A DNA stretch of 64,000 bases from an uncultured Ruminococcus sp. (GCA_964622425.1 CAZUQN010000003.1:1166-65165), one strand, 5' to 3'; counted from the first letter of the stretch, positions 48,316 to 58,298 are shown. Numbers and translations are program-made. Notes: generated by a model from the sequence alone, not told the origin.

Positions 48316-48719
48316 GGGGCCGGCTGAATTTGGGATGGAAATCAGTAGCCGTAAGGGAACCGAACTAATAAGTCTTACGGCGATAACTTTTAGTGTCTTT
48401 CGCCACGCCGAGTCTTGTAAAGTCGCACTTGACCGCGACTCGTCGCAGCAAAACCCATCAAAAATTTGTTCGCCGTAAGATGCGAAGCAGTTATGAAAGA
48501 ATAGATTTTTTCATAGACGAGCCAAATCTTTCGAGAAATATACAGATATTTAAGAAAAATTCGGTGATGTATAGGGGAAAATCTATCTTTCATAACCTTG
48601 TGAGTTTAGTTCCCTTACGGCTATCCGCCCGAGAGGCGTATATACATACGTCGGAGGAAGGAAACGGCGATAGAAAAAGAGTGTAAGAGGTGGAAATTAC
48701 GAGAATTTCCACCTCTCAC
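48316..48719. repeat. structured intergenic element, long copy (possible ncRNA)
   Basis: Shares both ends with 28405-28613 and has about 195 extra internal nt. Long-range pairing TAGCCGTAAGGGAAC (48345 region) with GTTCCCTTACGGCTA (48610 region). Same terminal hairpin. Confidence 0.4.
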
Positions 48720-48759
48720 AAATACGTATTTTGAGTTTATATTATTTTTATTGGCTTCT

Positions 48760-49998
48760 TCACTCTTTTTCGGTTACGCCTAAATTGAGCAGCCCATTTT
48801 CAATCGCCTCAATGCGATCGCCAAGCGGCGGATGGCTATACTCAAGCGCAACGTTGATGCGCGAGGGCGAAAGGTGCGCAAAGTTCTCCCTCGCGAGCTT
48901 CTTGAGCGCCGAGACCATCGCCTCGCCGTAGCCCTCCTTAACCGCCTGCTCGTCTGCGCGGTATTCTGCCTTGCGGCTGCGCGCGTTGATCACAAGCGAG
49001 GTAAGGGGCTGGATAAGTCCGAGACCTGCCGAAAGGAGTATGTAAGCAAAGCCGTAGTTGACCTCGCCAAAGCCGAATGCCGTGTGTAATGCTGGCGCGC
49101 TGACCGCACCCCATACGATAAGCGACATTATAAGCAGGTTGCCGAAATTAAGTATCTGATTCTTGAGCACGTCGCGATGCAGACCGTGGCCGAGCTCGTG
49201 CGCAAACACCGAGCATATCTCGTCTGCGGTCATCGCGTTCACAAGATTGTCGTAGAGGACTATCGTCTTGAGCTTGCCAAAGCCGGTGAAGTAGGCGTTG
49301 AGCTTGGTCGTTCTGCGTGAGGCGTCCATAACCTCAATAGCCTTTACCGTGTACCCGTGCTTAGTTAAGAGCTCCATAAGTCTGTCCTTGAGCTCGCCGT
49401 CCTCGAGGGGCGTGAACTTGTTGCCTACTCTGCTGAGTATGGGATAGAGGAAGGAAATCACGAGCGTCACAAGGAAGATCGCTACAGCAAAGAGGAGGAT
49501 CATCCAGTTACCGAGCCACACGTGCACCGCGCGCAGGAGCACCACGATACCGATCGAAATGCCGAGCTCAATGATAAATCCGCGGATCTTGTCGATAACA
49601 AAGGTCTTCATAGTCGAGCGGTTAAAGCCGTACTTTTCCTCGATCTTCATCGTGCCGATATAGCTGAAGATGACCGACACGACCGTGCCGACCGCGCTCT
49701 CAAGGAGTATGACCGAAAACAGCTGCATAAACCAGCTATCACCAAACAGCCCAGCAAATGCCGAGTAGACGTTGGTCGCGAGCATCAGCACACTCACCGC
49801 ACAGCCGACGAGTCCCGAGATTATCGAGAGCCTCGAGTGCTCCGCGCTGTACTTCTTCCATCTGTCATAGGTTTCCGCGTCGTAAACGTCCGCAAGGTTC
49901 TCGGGCGTCGGATTGCTTGCCGAGCGATACTGCACCAGATTCAGCACAAGCTGATAAAGCCCGGAAATGATTACCGCAATAATTACAAGTAGCTTCAT
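48760..49998 (-). CDS. M48 family (Ste24/HtpX-like) zinc metalloprotease
   Basis: 412 aa, polytopic. HELGH motif (FAHELGHGLH). Confidence 0.85.
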   Translation of the reverse strand: MKLLVIIAVIISGLYQLVLNLVQYRSASNPTPENLADVYDAETYDRWKKYSAEHSRLSIISGLVGCAVSVLMLATNVYSAFAGLFGDSWFMQLFSVILLESAVGTVVSVIFSYIGTMKIEEKYGFNRSTMKTFVIDKIRGFIIELGISIGIVVLLRAVHVWLGNWMILLFAVAIFLVTLVISFLYPILSRVGNKFTPLEDGELKDRLMELLTKHGYTVKAIEVMDASRRTTKLNAYFTGFGKLKTIVLYDNLVNAMTADEICSVFAHELGHGLHRDVLKNQILNFGNLLIMSLIVWGAVSAPALHTAFGFGEVNYGFAYILLSAGLGLIQPLTSLVINARSRKAEYRADEQAVKEGYGEAMVSALKKLARENFAHLSPSRINVALEYSHPPLGDRIEAIENGLLNLGVTEKE

Positions 49999-50020
49999 AG
50001 TAAATCTCCATATTCTTTTG

Positions 50021-50290
50021 TAGCCAATGCCAACCTAAATCGAATACGTTTTAAGTGACGATTTTTTCGAGAGTACGCATCAAGAATCCTCGCGATATAG
50101 CATATGAAGTATTTTTGATTTCTCTTCCAAAAAAACGTCTACTAAAAATCTAATGACCTAAAGCCGACAGAAATTCAATGAATTTTTTAAAATGCGAACG
50201 AAGTCAAGTAACACTTTACGAGCGAGAATTTTGAAAAAGGCGTGGATTTATGCGGCTTCAGGCGTGTTCGCTTTAGGTTGGCATTGGCTA
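50021..50290. repeat. perfect 20-nt inverted repeat pair enclosing 230 nt
   Basis: GTAGCCAATGCCAACCTAAA (50021-50040) pairs with TTTAGGTTGGCATTGGCTAC (50271-50290). Confidence 0.6.
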
Positions 50291-50439
50291 CCCCTATTTT
50301 ACCAAATATCAAGAACTTTTTCAAGTAGTAAAAACTTTTTTAACTTTTGTGACTTTGTTACATACAAACGGCGAAAAATGTGATATAATAAGAGCGTAAA
50401 GAAACGAAGAAACCGCTATTACTAGAAGGAGACCATACG

Positions 50440-50646
50440 ATGAAACCGAGAATCACCCTCAACGAGGATAAAGAAATAGTCGCAACCGTAAAGCAAGGCC
50501 TTAAGGAGCGCGGCGGATACTGTCCCTGCCGTTTCGAGAAGATCGAGGACAATAAGTGCATCTGCAAGGAATTCCGCGAGCAGATCGCAGATCCCGACTT
50601 CGAGGGCTACTGCCACTGCATGCTGTACTATAAGCACAAATCGTAA
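50440..50646 (+). CDS. ferredoxin:thioredoxin reductase catalytic-subunit-like protein
   Basis: 68 aa. CPC...CIC...CHC cysteine pattern and a strong SD. Confidence 0.65.
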   Translation: MKPRITLNEDKEIVATVKQGLKERGGYCPCRFEKIEDNKCICKEFREQIADPDFEGYCHCMLYYKHKS

Positions 50647-50683
50647 TTCACAGTAATTTATAGAAAAGAAAGGAATATAAAAA

Positions 50684-50992
50684 ATGTCAGTACTTCACAT
50701 TGGAAAAGCAGAATTTGATGAGAAGATAAGAAACAGCGAGAAGCCCGTCCTTGTGGACTTCTACGCAACCTGGTGCGGCCCGTGTAAGATGATCGCGCCC
50801 ATCCTAGAGGAGATCGCCGAGGAGCACCCCGAGTACGTTATCGCTAAGGTAAACGTTGACGACGAGCCCGAGCTCGCAAAGGAGTTTAAGATCATGTCCA
50901 TCCCCGCCCTCTTTGTCCTGAGAGACGGCGAGATCACCGATAAGGCCGTCGGCTACCGCGATAAGGACGCTCTGCTAGATCTTCTAAGCTAA
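50684..50992 (+). CDS. trxA: thioredoxin
   Basis: 102 aa. WCGPCK active site. Confidence 0.9.
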   Translation: MSVLHIGKAEFDEKIRNSEKPVLVDFYATWCGPCKMIAPILEEIAEEHPEYVIAKVNVDDEPELAKEFKIMSIPALFVLRDGEITDKAVGYRDKDALLDLLS

Positions 50993-50994
50993 AA

Positions 50995-51150
50995 CGCCGC
51001 CCTCGGCGTTAACGTTCACGCAGTGAACATATCGCACCGTCGCGAGCGACGGTATATCGCTGTCTAACCTTTCAGACAATATCGCATCTGCCAAAGGCAG
51101 ATATATCGCTTTAATCCGCCCACGTGTGGGCGGATTAAACATTTTCGTCC
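50995..51150. repeat. mini-hairpin array with word ATATCGC
   Basis: gttcacGCAgtgaac ATATCGC accgtcgCGAGcgacggt ATATCGC tgtctAACCTTTCagaca ATATCGC atctgccAAAggcagat ATATCGC, followed by ttaatccgcccACGTgtgggcggattaa. Confidence 0.7.
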
Positions 51151-51400
51151 AAGCCCACGGGTGGGACTAGGGGGACCGCAACGGGGTTCCTCGATGCGAG
51201 CGAAGTCGAGCATCAGGGGTTCGCGTGCTGGCGGTGGATGAGTAGTTACAAAGCGAAGCGGTGGAGGAGTCATTCTGCGTACAAAGTCTTGCAACTACTC
51301 ATCCGTCATTTGCTCCGCAAAATCCACCTTCCCTCACAAGGGAAGGCCGAGAAAAAAGAGCCTCGCATTTCTGCGAGGCTCTAAAACTTTGTATTCAACA

Positions 51401-51508
51401 CTCCCCTTTGGGGAGGGATGGGCCACGAAGTGGCGGGTGAGGTTTAATTAGTTAGAGTATCGCAACCTCATCCACCATAAATGGTCCCCCTTCCCCAAAG
51501 GGGGAAGG
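51401..51508. repeat. MITE-like pair of inverted two-hairpin repeat units
   Basis: Left arm: CTCCCCtttgGGGGAG..GCCACgaaGTGGC GGGTGAGG. Right arm: CCTCATCC ACCATaaATGGT CCCCCTTCCCCaaagGGGGAAGG. Confidence 0.5.
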
Positions 51509-51692
51509 TCGTAGATGCTACGCACTTCGAATTTTGCACTTGCGGCTCTGCCGCACCGACCGAGCCCGCAGGCGAGACAAGGGGGACCATTTATGGTGGA
51601 TGAGGTGTACTTCGTACAAAACCTTACAACTACTCATCCGTCATTCTCAAACAAGTTTTCGAACGACACCTTCCCTCACAAGGGAAGGCCGA

Positions 51693-51723
51693 GAAAAAAG
51701 AGCCTCGCATTTCTGCGAGGCTC
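51693..51723 (-). terminator. rho-independent terminator of the giant gene (duplicated at 51352-51381)
   Basis: On the minus strand: GAGCCTCGCagaaatGCGAGGCTC followed by TTTTTT. Confidence 0.7.
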
Positions 51724-51758
51724 AAAGCTTTTTAAAAGCCGAAATTGTTTTTGCGTTT

Positions 51759-54700
51759 TTACGGGGTTACCATTCCCACTTCGTTATCCGTGAGCCACTG
51801 GTCGGTCGCGATTGTCAAGTCATCCTTTTTAATCGTGATTGAACCGCCAACGCTAACCTCAACATCTACTGTTGTAATAACAGAATCAAGATTACCATAT
51901 CTCCAAGACCACTTCTTGTCGAACGTAACAGTATACTGACCTATTGCAACGTCAGTAACAGTAAGAGCTACGCCGTCAACAACCGCAACGGTGAAGGTCT
52001 TGCCTTCTGCGAAGGTACCTGCAACACCGGTAAAGGTAAGGATAAAGCTGTCACTCTGTCCGCTTGTAATCTTAATTTCGAGATCAGCCGAGCGAGGAAG
52101 GAAGAGTGCGTAGTAGGTTGCGGAAATGTAGAGATTACCTTCCTGCTCATCACCATTATCATCCTCATAAGTGAACTGGGTCTTGGTGGGAATCAAGTGG
52201 CTATACTCTCCAATGGTCACTGGGTCAACATTAGTATCAATAGGAGTCGTGCACTCTGCATCCTTGAACCAACCGGCAAAATAATATGTCTCAGACTCAT
52301 AAGGAATAGAGCCCACAGGTGTATCATCAGAACCGGAATTAATGTTTTCACGCGTCATTGACAAACCAACGTCGCTTCCATCAATATCGTCACAAACGAT
52401 CTCGTAGATAAATGTCGACTCAGATTTCTGATAGTAGAAAATAATCACGTTACGAGATTCGTCAATATAGAGTGTAAGCGATCTCTGTGTAGACTGATCT
52501 ACAAGGTCACAACCCTTGTTGTTAACGATCTCCATATGCTTCTGCTTGTCAAGATCAACGGTGACAAGGTGTCCATGCTGAACTCCAGACGCGTCTGCTG
52601 CAACCTCATAAGAGTAATATTCCTCACCGCTATCAACATCCACGTACTTAACAGTATATCCAACAGTAACGCGATCATAGTACAGATTTATCTCTAAACC
52701 GTATTCAGTAATCGTATAACCGAATTTTTCTTCATCCATGTTGATGTGCTCAAGATCGCCCTGTGGAATAACTACACTCTCAACTACACCCGAAGTCTCA
52801 TCTTGCCTACGTGTCTCAGCATCTGCCTTTGAGAAACTGTATCCGGTAATGTCAGTCAAAACAGTTCCAAACACTATGTTTCCATCGCCGCCCTGAATAA
52901 TCTCAAAGGTGCCCGACTGATAAGAATAAACCGAATATGTTCCATCGACGTTCTGTATCAAATGATTTACAACCCAAGGAGCTGTTATGGGTGCATCAGC
53001 TTCGTTCTTGGTGTAATAGAAGGTAATAACGTTATTTGTCGCTTGATCGGTAGATGAAAGAATCAAGGACTTTGAATAAGCGTCAACTGTATAACCCGTA
53101 ATAGGTACAAATAGCTCAGTGACCGCGGCTTTTCTCGTTTTGCCCTCATAGGTTGCGGGATAGTTTGGATCGGTAGAGTCAAATACTTCTCGTGTTTCGT
53201 TATCAACGTATTTTACCCAATAACTTACCTCTTCAACCTCGTCATAAACGAAGTTGTACTCATTAACAAGAATGTTTCCATCTCCATCCTTTTCAAACTT
53301 CATCTGAACAGTATGGCTTCCTACCTGAGGGAAATAGCCCTCTTGGTAATCAGCATAAAGATCAGCTCCTGCCAAAGCACGGAAGGTTTTGTTCTGACCG
53401 GCAAGCGCGCTTCCCAGCATGGAATTACCGATCTGCACGTATACTGGCTCGTCATTTTCATCAACAACCAGCTGACCGTTCTCATCCTTTTGTTGAGTTA
53501 CAAAATTAATCTTGTAGTTAACCGTCTGCTCGGAAATCCACTTAGCATAGATAACCATATCCTGAGTGATTGGGAAGTTGAAGAGAAATGCTTTTTCTTC
53601 ATTTGTTTCGGGATCTACGTAGAACCAACCATTGAAAGTATAGTTAAGGTCCTTCTTGTATGCAGACTGCGTATAATCAGGCTCTACAGCATAGTATCTA
53701 TGTCCAACATACTGATCACCGTAGTTATCCTCACTAAACTGTGTGGTAAATGTAGCATCATCATACACTTTGACATGTCTAGTGACAGGGGTCCAAATAG
53801 CATAAAGGTTAAGCTCGCCGTCAGGAAGCGTGTCCGTCTCCCAGTCTACCATTGTATACTCACTTTGATACTCAGTAGTGTACCAACCTGCAAAAACGTA
53901 TGCTCCGACCTCAAGCTGACTAGGATATGGTACATTATTAATGTCAAAGTTACCATATGTTTCACTACTTTTCAGCACGGCAGCGAAGTCGCCCAATGAA
54001 GCACCGTATTTTAGAGGATTAGACTCCCCTGCTTGGGGTATGGTAATCAGGCTATTTCCGGCATTGAATATGTTAACCTTGAGATTTGAACTGTTTCTGT
54101 CGTAGAAGTACACATATCGGGTTACATTCTCAACGTCCAACACATTTATGCCTTCTGTTTTTTCAGGGTTAGTCTCTGTTCCTGTGACGGTATGAATATT
54201 CATACCGTGGATACTCTTTATTCCTTCTTTTTCTAGCTGAGCAAGAGCATCAATTACTCCGTCTCCATCGGAATCCGTGGCATCTAATGCGATAAATTGC
54301 ATATGTGTAGAATCTGCATCGTACCACTTTCCATCGAATTCCTTTCTTCCGTTTCCGTTTTCATCGTAAGGAATTTCGCCACTTTCTATATCAAAGCTCT
54401 CAAACATATAGTAGAGAATATATGGAACAATATTGCTCGAATACTGAGCGACCGTCCTGATTCCTGCAGAATAGCAAAGTTCAGTAACCATCGTTATGTG
54501 TTTAACGTAACGATCTATCGCTTTACTTGTATCCGTACCAGTACTATCATATTTCCAATATGTAAAATATGCTCCTTCATCATTTTGTTGAAGCCCAAGC
54601 GTATTTAGCTCAATGAAATACGGAACATATGCAGTAATATCCTGACCATATTTGGCCTGAAGTATTCTTATTGTTTGATAATAATCTTCCGGCTTAGCTT

Positions 54701-57700
54701 CAGCTTTTTGTTCGTCAGATAGGTTGTTATATACTTCCGAATAAGTAGTATCATTGGTATGCTGATGTTCTGGCTTCATACAGAGATAGCCATAACAATC
54801 TATGGTGTGTTCATGGGTGCATAAGCAATAATCTGTATGCTCGTGCTCCGCTTTTCCGCAACCATAGCAACCTTCGGCATCTGTATGCGTGTGCTCATAA
54901 CCAACAGTACAGACTTCACTGTTACATCCACCGGTGTGGTCGTGGTCAGGGGCATTTTCAGGACAAGTATCTGCCTCAATAATGACTGGGTTGGTTGAAT
55001 AATCCACATCAGGATCATAAGCATCATAATAGTACCATTGACCATTGATATAGATGGTGGGAACATCCATATATATGGTACCTGATATAATTCCCGTGCG
55101 GCTACTATACGGCACTGCTAAATCGTTCAATACATATACATATCCATTTTGAAGATTTTGAGGCGGAGCTTCCTTTTGAACAGCCGTAGCAGCTTCCGCG
55201 GCCTTTTCAGATGCAGTATCGTTAACAATGGTATTAAGTATGCCCGAAATAAGATCTCCTCCCCAAGAGAAGTTCTTCTTAATGTCAGCCTCAACTAAAG
55301 GGGAAGCGGCAGAACCAATTGAAGTTGCCATATCTGAATCAACGGAATAACAACCTGCATCGTGCACGTGCACGCCACAACATTCTGGTCCATGTATGTG
55401 CTCAGTTTTACTACAATTCTTGCATCCTGCAACATGTGTGTGTTCTTCAATGGAGCAAGAGCCCGAAGTATTGCAAGCGGAGGTATGCACGTGTTTACAA
55501 TAGAAGGGGTTGTACTCACAAGTACCGTCACCATGAAAATGTTCGTCAAGTTTGCAACCCGACTTAAGCGTATCCGCAACAAAAGTGATCTGATAGTAAC
55601 GACGATTAAAGAACACGTTAACCGTGGAGGAACCATCACCCTTAATAACAACGCCATCAGGAGAATCCTTAACCATTTCCTCATACGTCAACGATGTATT
55701 AAGCGTTGTATACTGATAATCCTCATCCCCGGTTACTACATCATCAATTGGAACTGGATTATCCCCATCATACTTTATGTACGTTCCTGATGTAGCGGTC
55801 TTCGGTACTGTATGCCAGATACTGTAGTTACCGTCATTGGGGTTTTCGAGCCAGTAAACCATATTATAATTTACTATCTCTTCACTCCAATTTGCCTTGT
55901 AAGTAACATTACAAATTATCTTGACTTTGTTTTCTTTACCTGCTGTTAAGTATTCATATCCGGCAGCGGGATCATCACAATCGACTACCTCCCACCCAAC
56001 AAATCCGTAACCTGCACAAATTGCATCGTTAATACCGACCTCATATCCATACGGAACATAAAGGTTCTCCTGTCCATATGCACCGTCTTCAACCATATCG
56101 AAGAGAACGGTGTAATACTCTCTATCGTAACGAACTTCAATGACTGTGCTACCGTCCGCAGCGATCTCAGTAGGTTCATAATAGAGGTGGCGGAAACCGG
56201 TAATATCAATCTCACAACCACTAACAGGGGAATCAACCGTACCGGACCCTTCGGTAACCGGTTGAGCCTCATATGCTACATAATTGTCATCATATACGTT
56301 CTTAATAAAGTGGTATATTTTGTATTTAGCCTTACCGGGATAATAATAAACGTTTACCGTATAGTCTGCGGTATATCCGGCGTCAATTGAAACAGTCGTA
56401 AGAGAATCATCCGAATCCGGATTCTGTGAAAAATCATAAGGATTAGAGGGTTCCGTCATGCTCGGGTAATATCCGAGAACAGAAGGAATATTAACCGTAT
56501 ACGCCTCATAATCGGTCTTTAAGGTACGGATATCGGGATAAGTTGCTTGAACCTGTGTTCCGTCAGGGCGTACCTTAATGAAGTTGACGGTTAGAGTGAT
56601 ACGCTCGGTAGACGTATCTCCATCCGCATAAGCCTTTGCGCTGTGTACAATGTATTCCTCGTTAGCAGTGGTAATATTCTCGTACTCAGGCTCCATGGGT
56701 TTAGGAGCGTAAACCGTCTTAATAGTGATGGGCAGAGATCTGTACTCAGTCTCACCATCATATGCCACTGCGCGAATCTTTGTCTTGTTATTTTCATCAA
56801 GGACATTCTTTACGAGAGCATAGGTGACGTAACATACATCGGTCACCTTGTCGTATATTCTAGCCCAAGTGTTATTTTCTGCATCAACAAGGATTTCCCA
56901 TCCCCATTCAACGTCACCGGTAAGTCTCTCCGTCTTTGCAGCTTCAAGAAGCATTTTACCGTCTTCATAAAGCGTGATTATGTCAGTTTCCTGTCCACGA
57001 TAGGTTATGGAAACAGGAGAAACGTACTCCTCGGTGATAATGAGATCGTAATAAGGATCGATGTATCTATACTGATCGTATATCATCGGCCAATCCACAT
57101 TGGTCGCATATACGTAAGTATCATCTTTATGAATTCGCTTAACGATTACTTCCTCGGGGAAGTTCTTAGTAGATACCTCGGGCTCAACGTCCTCATCTCC
57201 GTAGCCATACTCCTCGAATATAGCACTTTCTGAAGGCTCAGCAGGTCTATACGGTGCTAAACCTGTTTCTGTTTCACCAAGATTCCAGACTGCAGTGTAT
57301 TCCTTGCCAAGCTCCATTTCATCGACTGATAATCCTCCGTCTATCAGGAGCTTATCTGCATCAATATACCTATAGTCATCATAGCCTGCAGGCCAATCGA
57401 GGTTAGTTGTGTAAACAAGGTTGAAATCTCTTACACTGTTACGGATAACCGTTACACTCTCAGGAAGAAGTTCTTCGTTAATGACCTCTCCAAGTGCATC
57501 ATACGTATTAATAAAATTAAATCTCGCATAAGGCCAGAAGGTATCCGATACCCACTTCGCCGAATAGAGCTTACCGACCTCCATATCGGAGACGGAGAGT
57601 CCGGTTTCCTCATCGGTGCTATCGAGCGCTATCGCGGGGACCACGCCGATAGGCAATATATAGAACACTGTCACAAGCGCCAGAAGGAGCGAAAGTATTC

Positions 57701-57710
57701 TTTTTTTCAT
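51759..57710 (-). CDS. giant secreted multi-domain surface/adhesin-like protein (no recognisable anchor)
   Basis: 1983 aa, SD AGGAGG, Sec signal MKKRILSLLLALVTVFYILPIGVVPAIA. Two ~100-aa N-terminal repeats. F.GW-type Listeria-Bacteroides repeats (YVFAGWYT, YTFNGWFYVDPETNEE, YYFAGWFKD). MucBP-like Y.VKYVD modules. Two Cys/HxH-rich blocks. No LPXTG and no C-terminal TM seen. Confidence 0.8.
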   Translation of the reverse strand: MKKRILSLLLALVTVFYILPIGVVPAIALDSTDEETGLSVSDMEVGKLYSAKWVSDTFWPYARFNFINTYDALGEVINEELLPESVTVIRNSVRDFNLVYTTNLDWPAGYDDYRYIDADKLLIDGGLSVDEMELGKEYTAVWNLGETETGLAPYRPAEPSESAIFEEYGYGDEDVEPEVSTKNFPEEVIVKRIHKDDTYVYATNVDWPMIYDQYRYIDPYYDLIITEEYVSPVSITYRGQETDIITLYEDGKMLLEAAKTERLTGDVEWGWEILVDAENNTWARIYDKVTDVCYVTYALVKNVLDENNKTKIRAVAYDGETEYRSLPITIKTVYAPKPMEPEYENITTANEEYIVHSAKAYADGDTSTERITLTVNFIKVRPDGTQVQATYPDIRTLKTDYEAYTVNIPSVLGYYPSMTEPSNPYDFSQNPDSDDSLTTVSIDAGYTADYTVNVYYYPGKAKYKIYHFIKNVYDDNYVAYEAQPVTEGSGTVDSPVSGCEIDITGFRHLYYEPTEIAADGSTVIEVRYDREYYTVLFDMVEDGAYGQENLYVPYGYEVGINDAICAGYGFVGWEVVDCDDPAAGYEYLTAGKENKVKIICNVTYKANWSEEIVNYNMVYWLENPNDGNYSIWHTVPKTATSGTYIKYDGDNPVPIDDVVTGDEDYQYTTLNTSLTYEEMVKDSPDGVVIKGDGSSTVNVFFNRRYYQITFVADTLKSGCKLDEHFHGDGTCEYNPFYCKHVHTSACNTSGSCSIEEHTHVAGCKNCSKTEHIHGPECCGVHVHDAGCYSVDSDMATSIGSAASPLVEADIKKNFSWGGDLISGILNTIVNDTASEKAAEAATAVQKEAPPQNLQNGYVYVLNDLAVPYSSRTGIISGTIYMDVPTIYINGQWYYYDAYDPDVDYSTNPVIIEADTCPENAPDHDHTGGCNSEVCTVGYEHTHTDAEGCYGCGKAEHEHTDYCLCTHEHTIDCYGYLCMKPEHQHTNDTTYSEVYNNLSDEQKAEAKPEDYYQTIRILQAKYGQDITAYVPYFIELNTLGLQQNDEGAYFTYWKYDSTGTDTSKAIDRYVKHITMVTELCYSAGIRTVAQYSSNIVPYILYYMFESFDIESGEIPYDENGNGRKEFDGKWYDADSTHMQFIALDATDSDGDGVIDALAQLEKEGIKSIHGMNIHTVTGTETNPEKTEGINVLDVENVTRYVYFYDRNSSNLKVNIFNAGNSLITIPQAGESNPLKYGASLGDFAAVLKSSETYGNFDINNVPYPSQLEVGAYVFAGWYTTEYQSEYTMVDWETDTLPDGELNLYAIWTPVTRHVKVYDDATFTTQFSEDNYGDQYVGHRYYAVEPDYTQSAYKKDLNYTFNGWFYVDPETNEEKAFLFNFPITQDMVIYAKWISEQTVNYKINFVTQQKDENGQLVVDENDEPVYVQIGNSMLGSALAGQNKTFRALAGADLYADYQEGYFPQVGSHTVQMKFEKDGDGNILVNEYNFVYDEVEEVSYWVKYVDNETREVFDSTDPNYPATYEGKTRKAAVTELFVPITGYTVDAYSKSLILSSTDQATNNVITFYYTKNEADAPITAPWVVNHLIQNVDGTYSVYSYQSGTFEIIQGGDGNIVFGTVLTDITGYSFSKADAETRRQDETSGVVESVVIPQGDLEHINMDEEKFGYTITEYGLEINLYYDRVTVGYTVKYVDVDSGEEYYSYEVAADASGVQHGHLVTVDLDKQKHMEIVNNKGCDLVDQSTQRSLTLYIDESRNVIIFYYQKSESTFIYEIVCDDIDGSDVGLSMTRENINSGSDDTPVGSIPYESETYYFAGWFKDAECTTPIDTNVDPVTIGEYSHLIPTKTQFTYEDDNGDEQEGNLYISATYYALFLPRSADLEIKITSGQSDSFILTFTGVAGTFAEGKTFTVAVVDGVALTVTDVAIGQYTVTFDKKWSWRYGNLDSVITTVDVEVSVGGSITIKKDDLTIATDQWLTDNEVGMVTP

Positions 57711-57722
57711 TTTTCGTCCTCC

Positions 57723-58283
57723 TTAGGGTGTGATGTTAAGTGTTTTATCGTCGTTGACACTTGCAACGGATGTCCAGCTATTCACAACCGCCCCGGCGGG
57801 CTCTGCCTGAATCGCGGAAGAAAGCACCTGAACGGTGAGTGTGTAGCCTTCCATAGTGGTGTTTGCGGTTACTCCATTTGCAGCAATAAGAGTTACGCTG
57901 TCATCCTTGGATATAGGCTTCTTATAGTACCAGAAGCCGTCACTTCCCTTCGCCCAGTTTGCATCGGTGCTATAAGTGATGGTGTAATCCGCATCTTCGC
58001 CCTCCACAGGCATAGTCGAGAGGATAACACCGTTTGTATCCACCCAAGTAACGACCACTGCAGCGCGGACGTAAACGTCGGTGTCCTCTATGTTTGTGAT
58101 TGTGGAGCCGCTGATAGAGATATCCACCTCACCGGGGGTGAAGGTGTTATTAAGCTCGTTTGTCTTAACGATTATATACGCCAGCGTTGAGCCTACGATG
58201 GCTACGCTGAGCACGACGGTCAGGACTAAAAACGCCACTGCCTTTTTGCCCGACCATATGAAAAACTTAAATGTTTTTGGCAT
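57723..58283 (-). CDS. TasA/CalY-like protein with a SipW-type signal (paralog 6)
   Basis: 186 aa. Signal-anchor followed by STLAYIIVKTNELNNTFTPGEVDISI. Confidence 0.65.
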   Translation of the reverse strand: MPKTFKFFIWSGKKAVAFLVLTVVLSVAIVGSTLAYIIVKTNELNNTFTPGEVDISISGSTITNIEDTDVYVRAAVVVTWVDTNGVILSTMPVEGEDADYTITYSTDANWAKGSDGFWYYKKPISKDDSVTLIAANGVTANTTMEGYTLTVQVLSSAIQAEPAGAVVNSWTSVASVNDDKTLNITP

Positions 58284-58298
58284 TCTTTAATCCTTTCG

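Noticed and set aside
51759-57710. A sortase (LPXTG), S-layer-homology or transmembrane anchor at the C-terminus of the giant protein.
   Set aside because: I read the last ~200 residues and found no LPXTG-like motif, no hydrophobic tail and no repeated SLH-like segments. A cryptic anchor cannot be excluded without profile searches.
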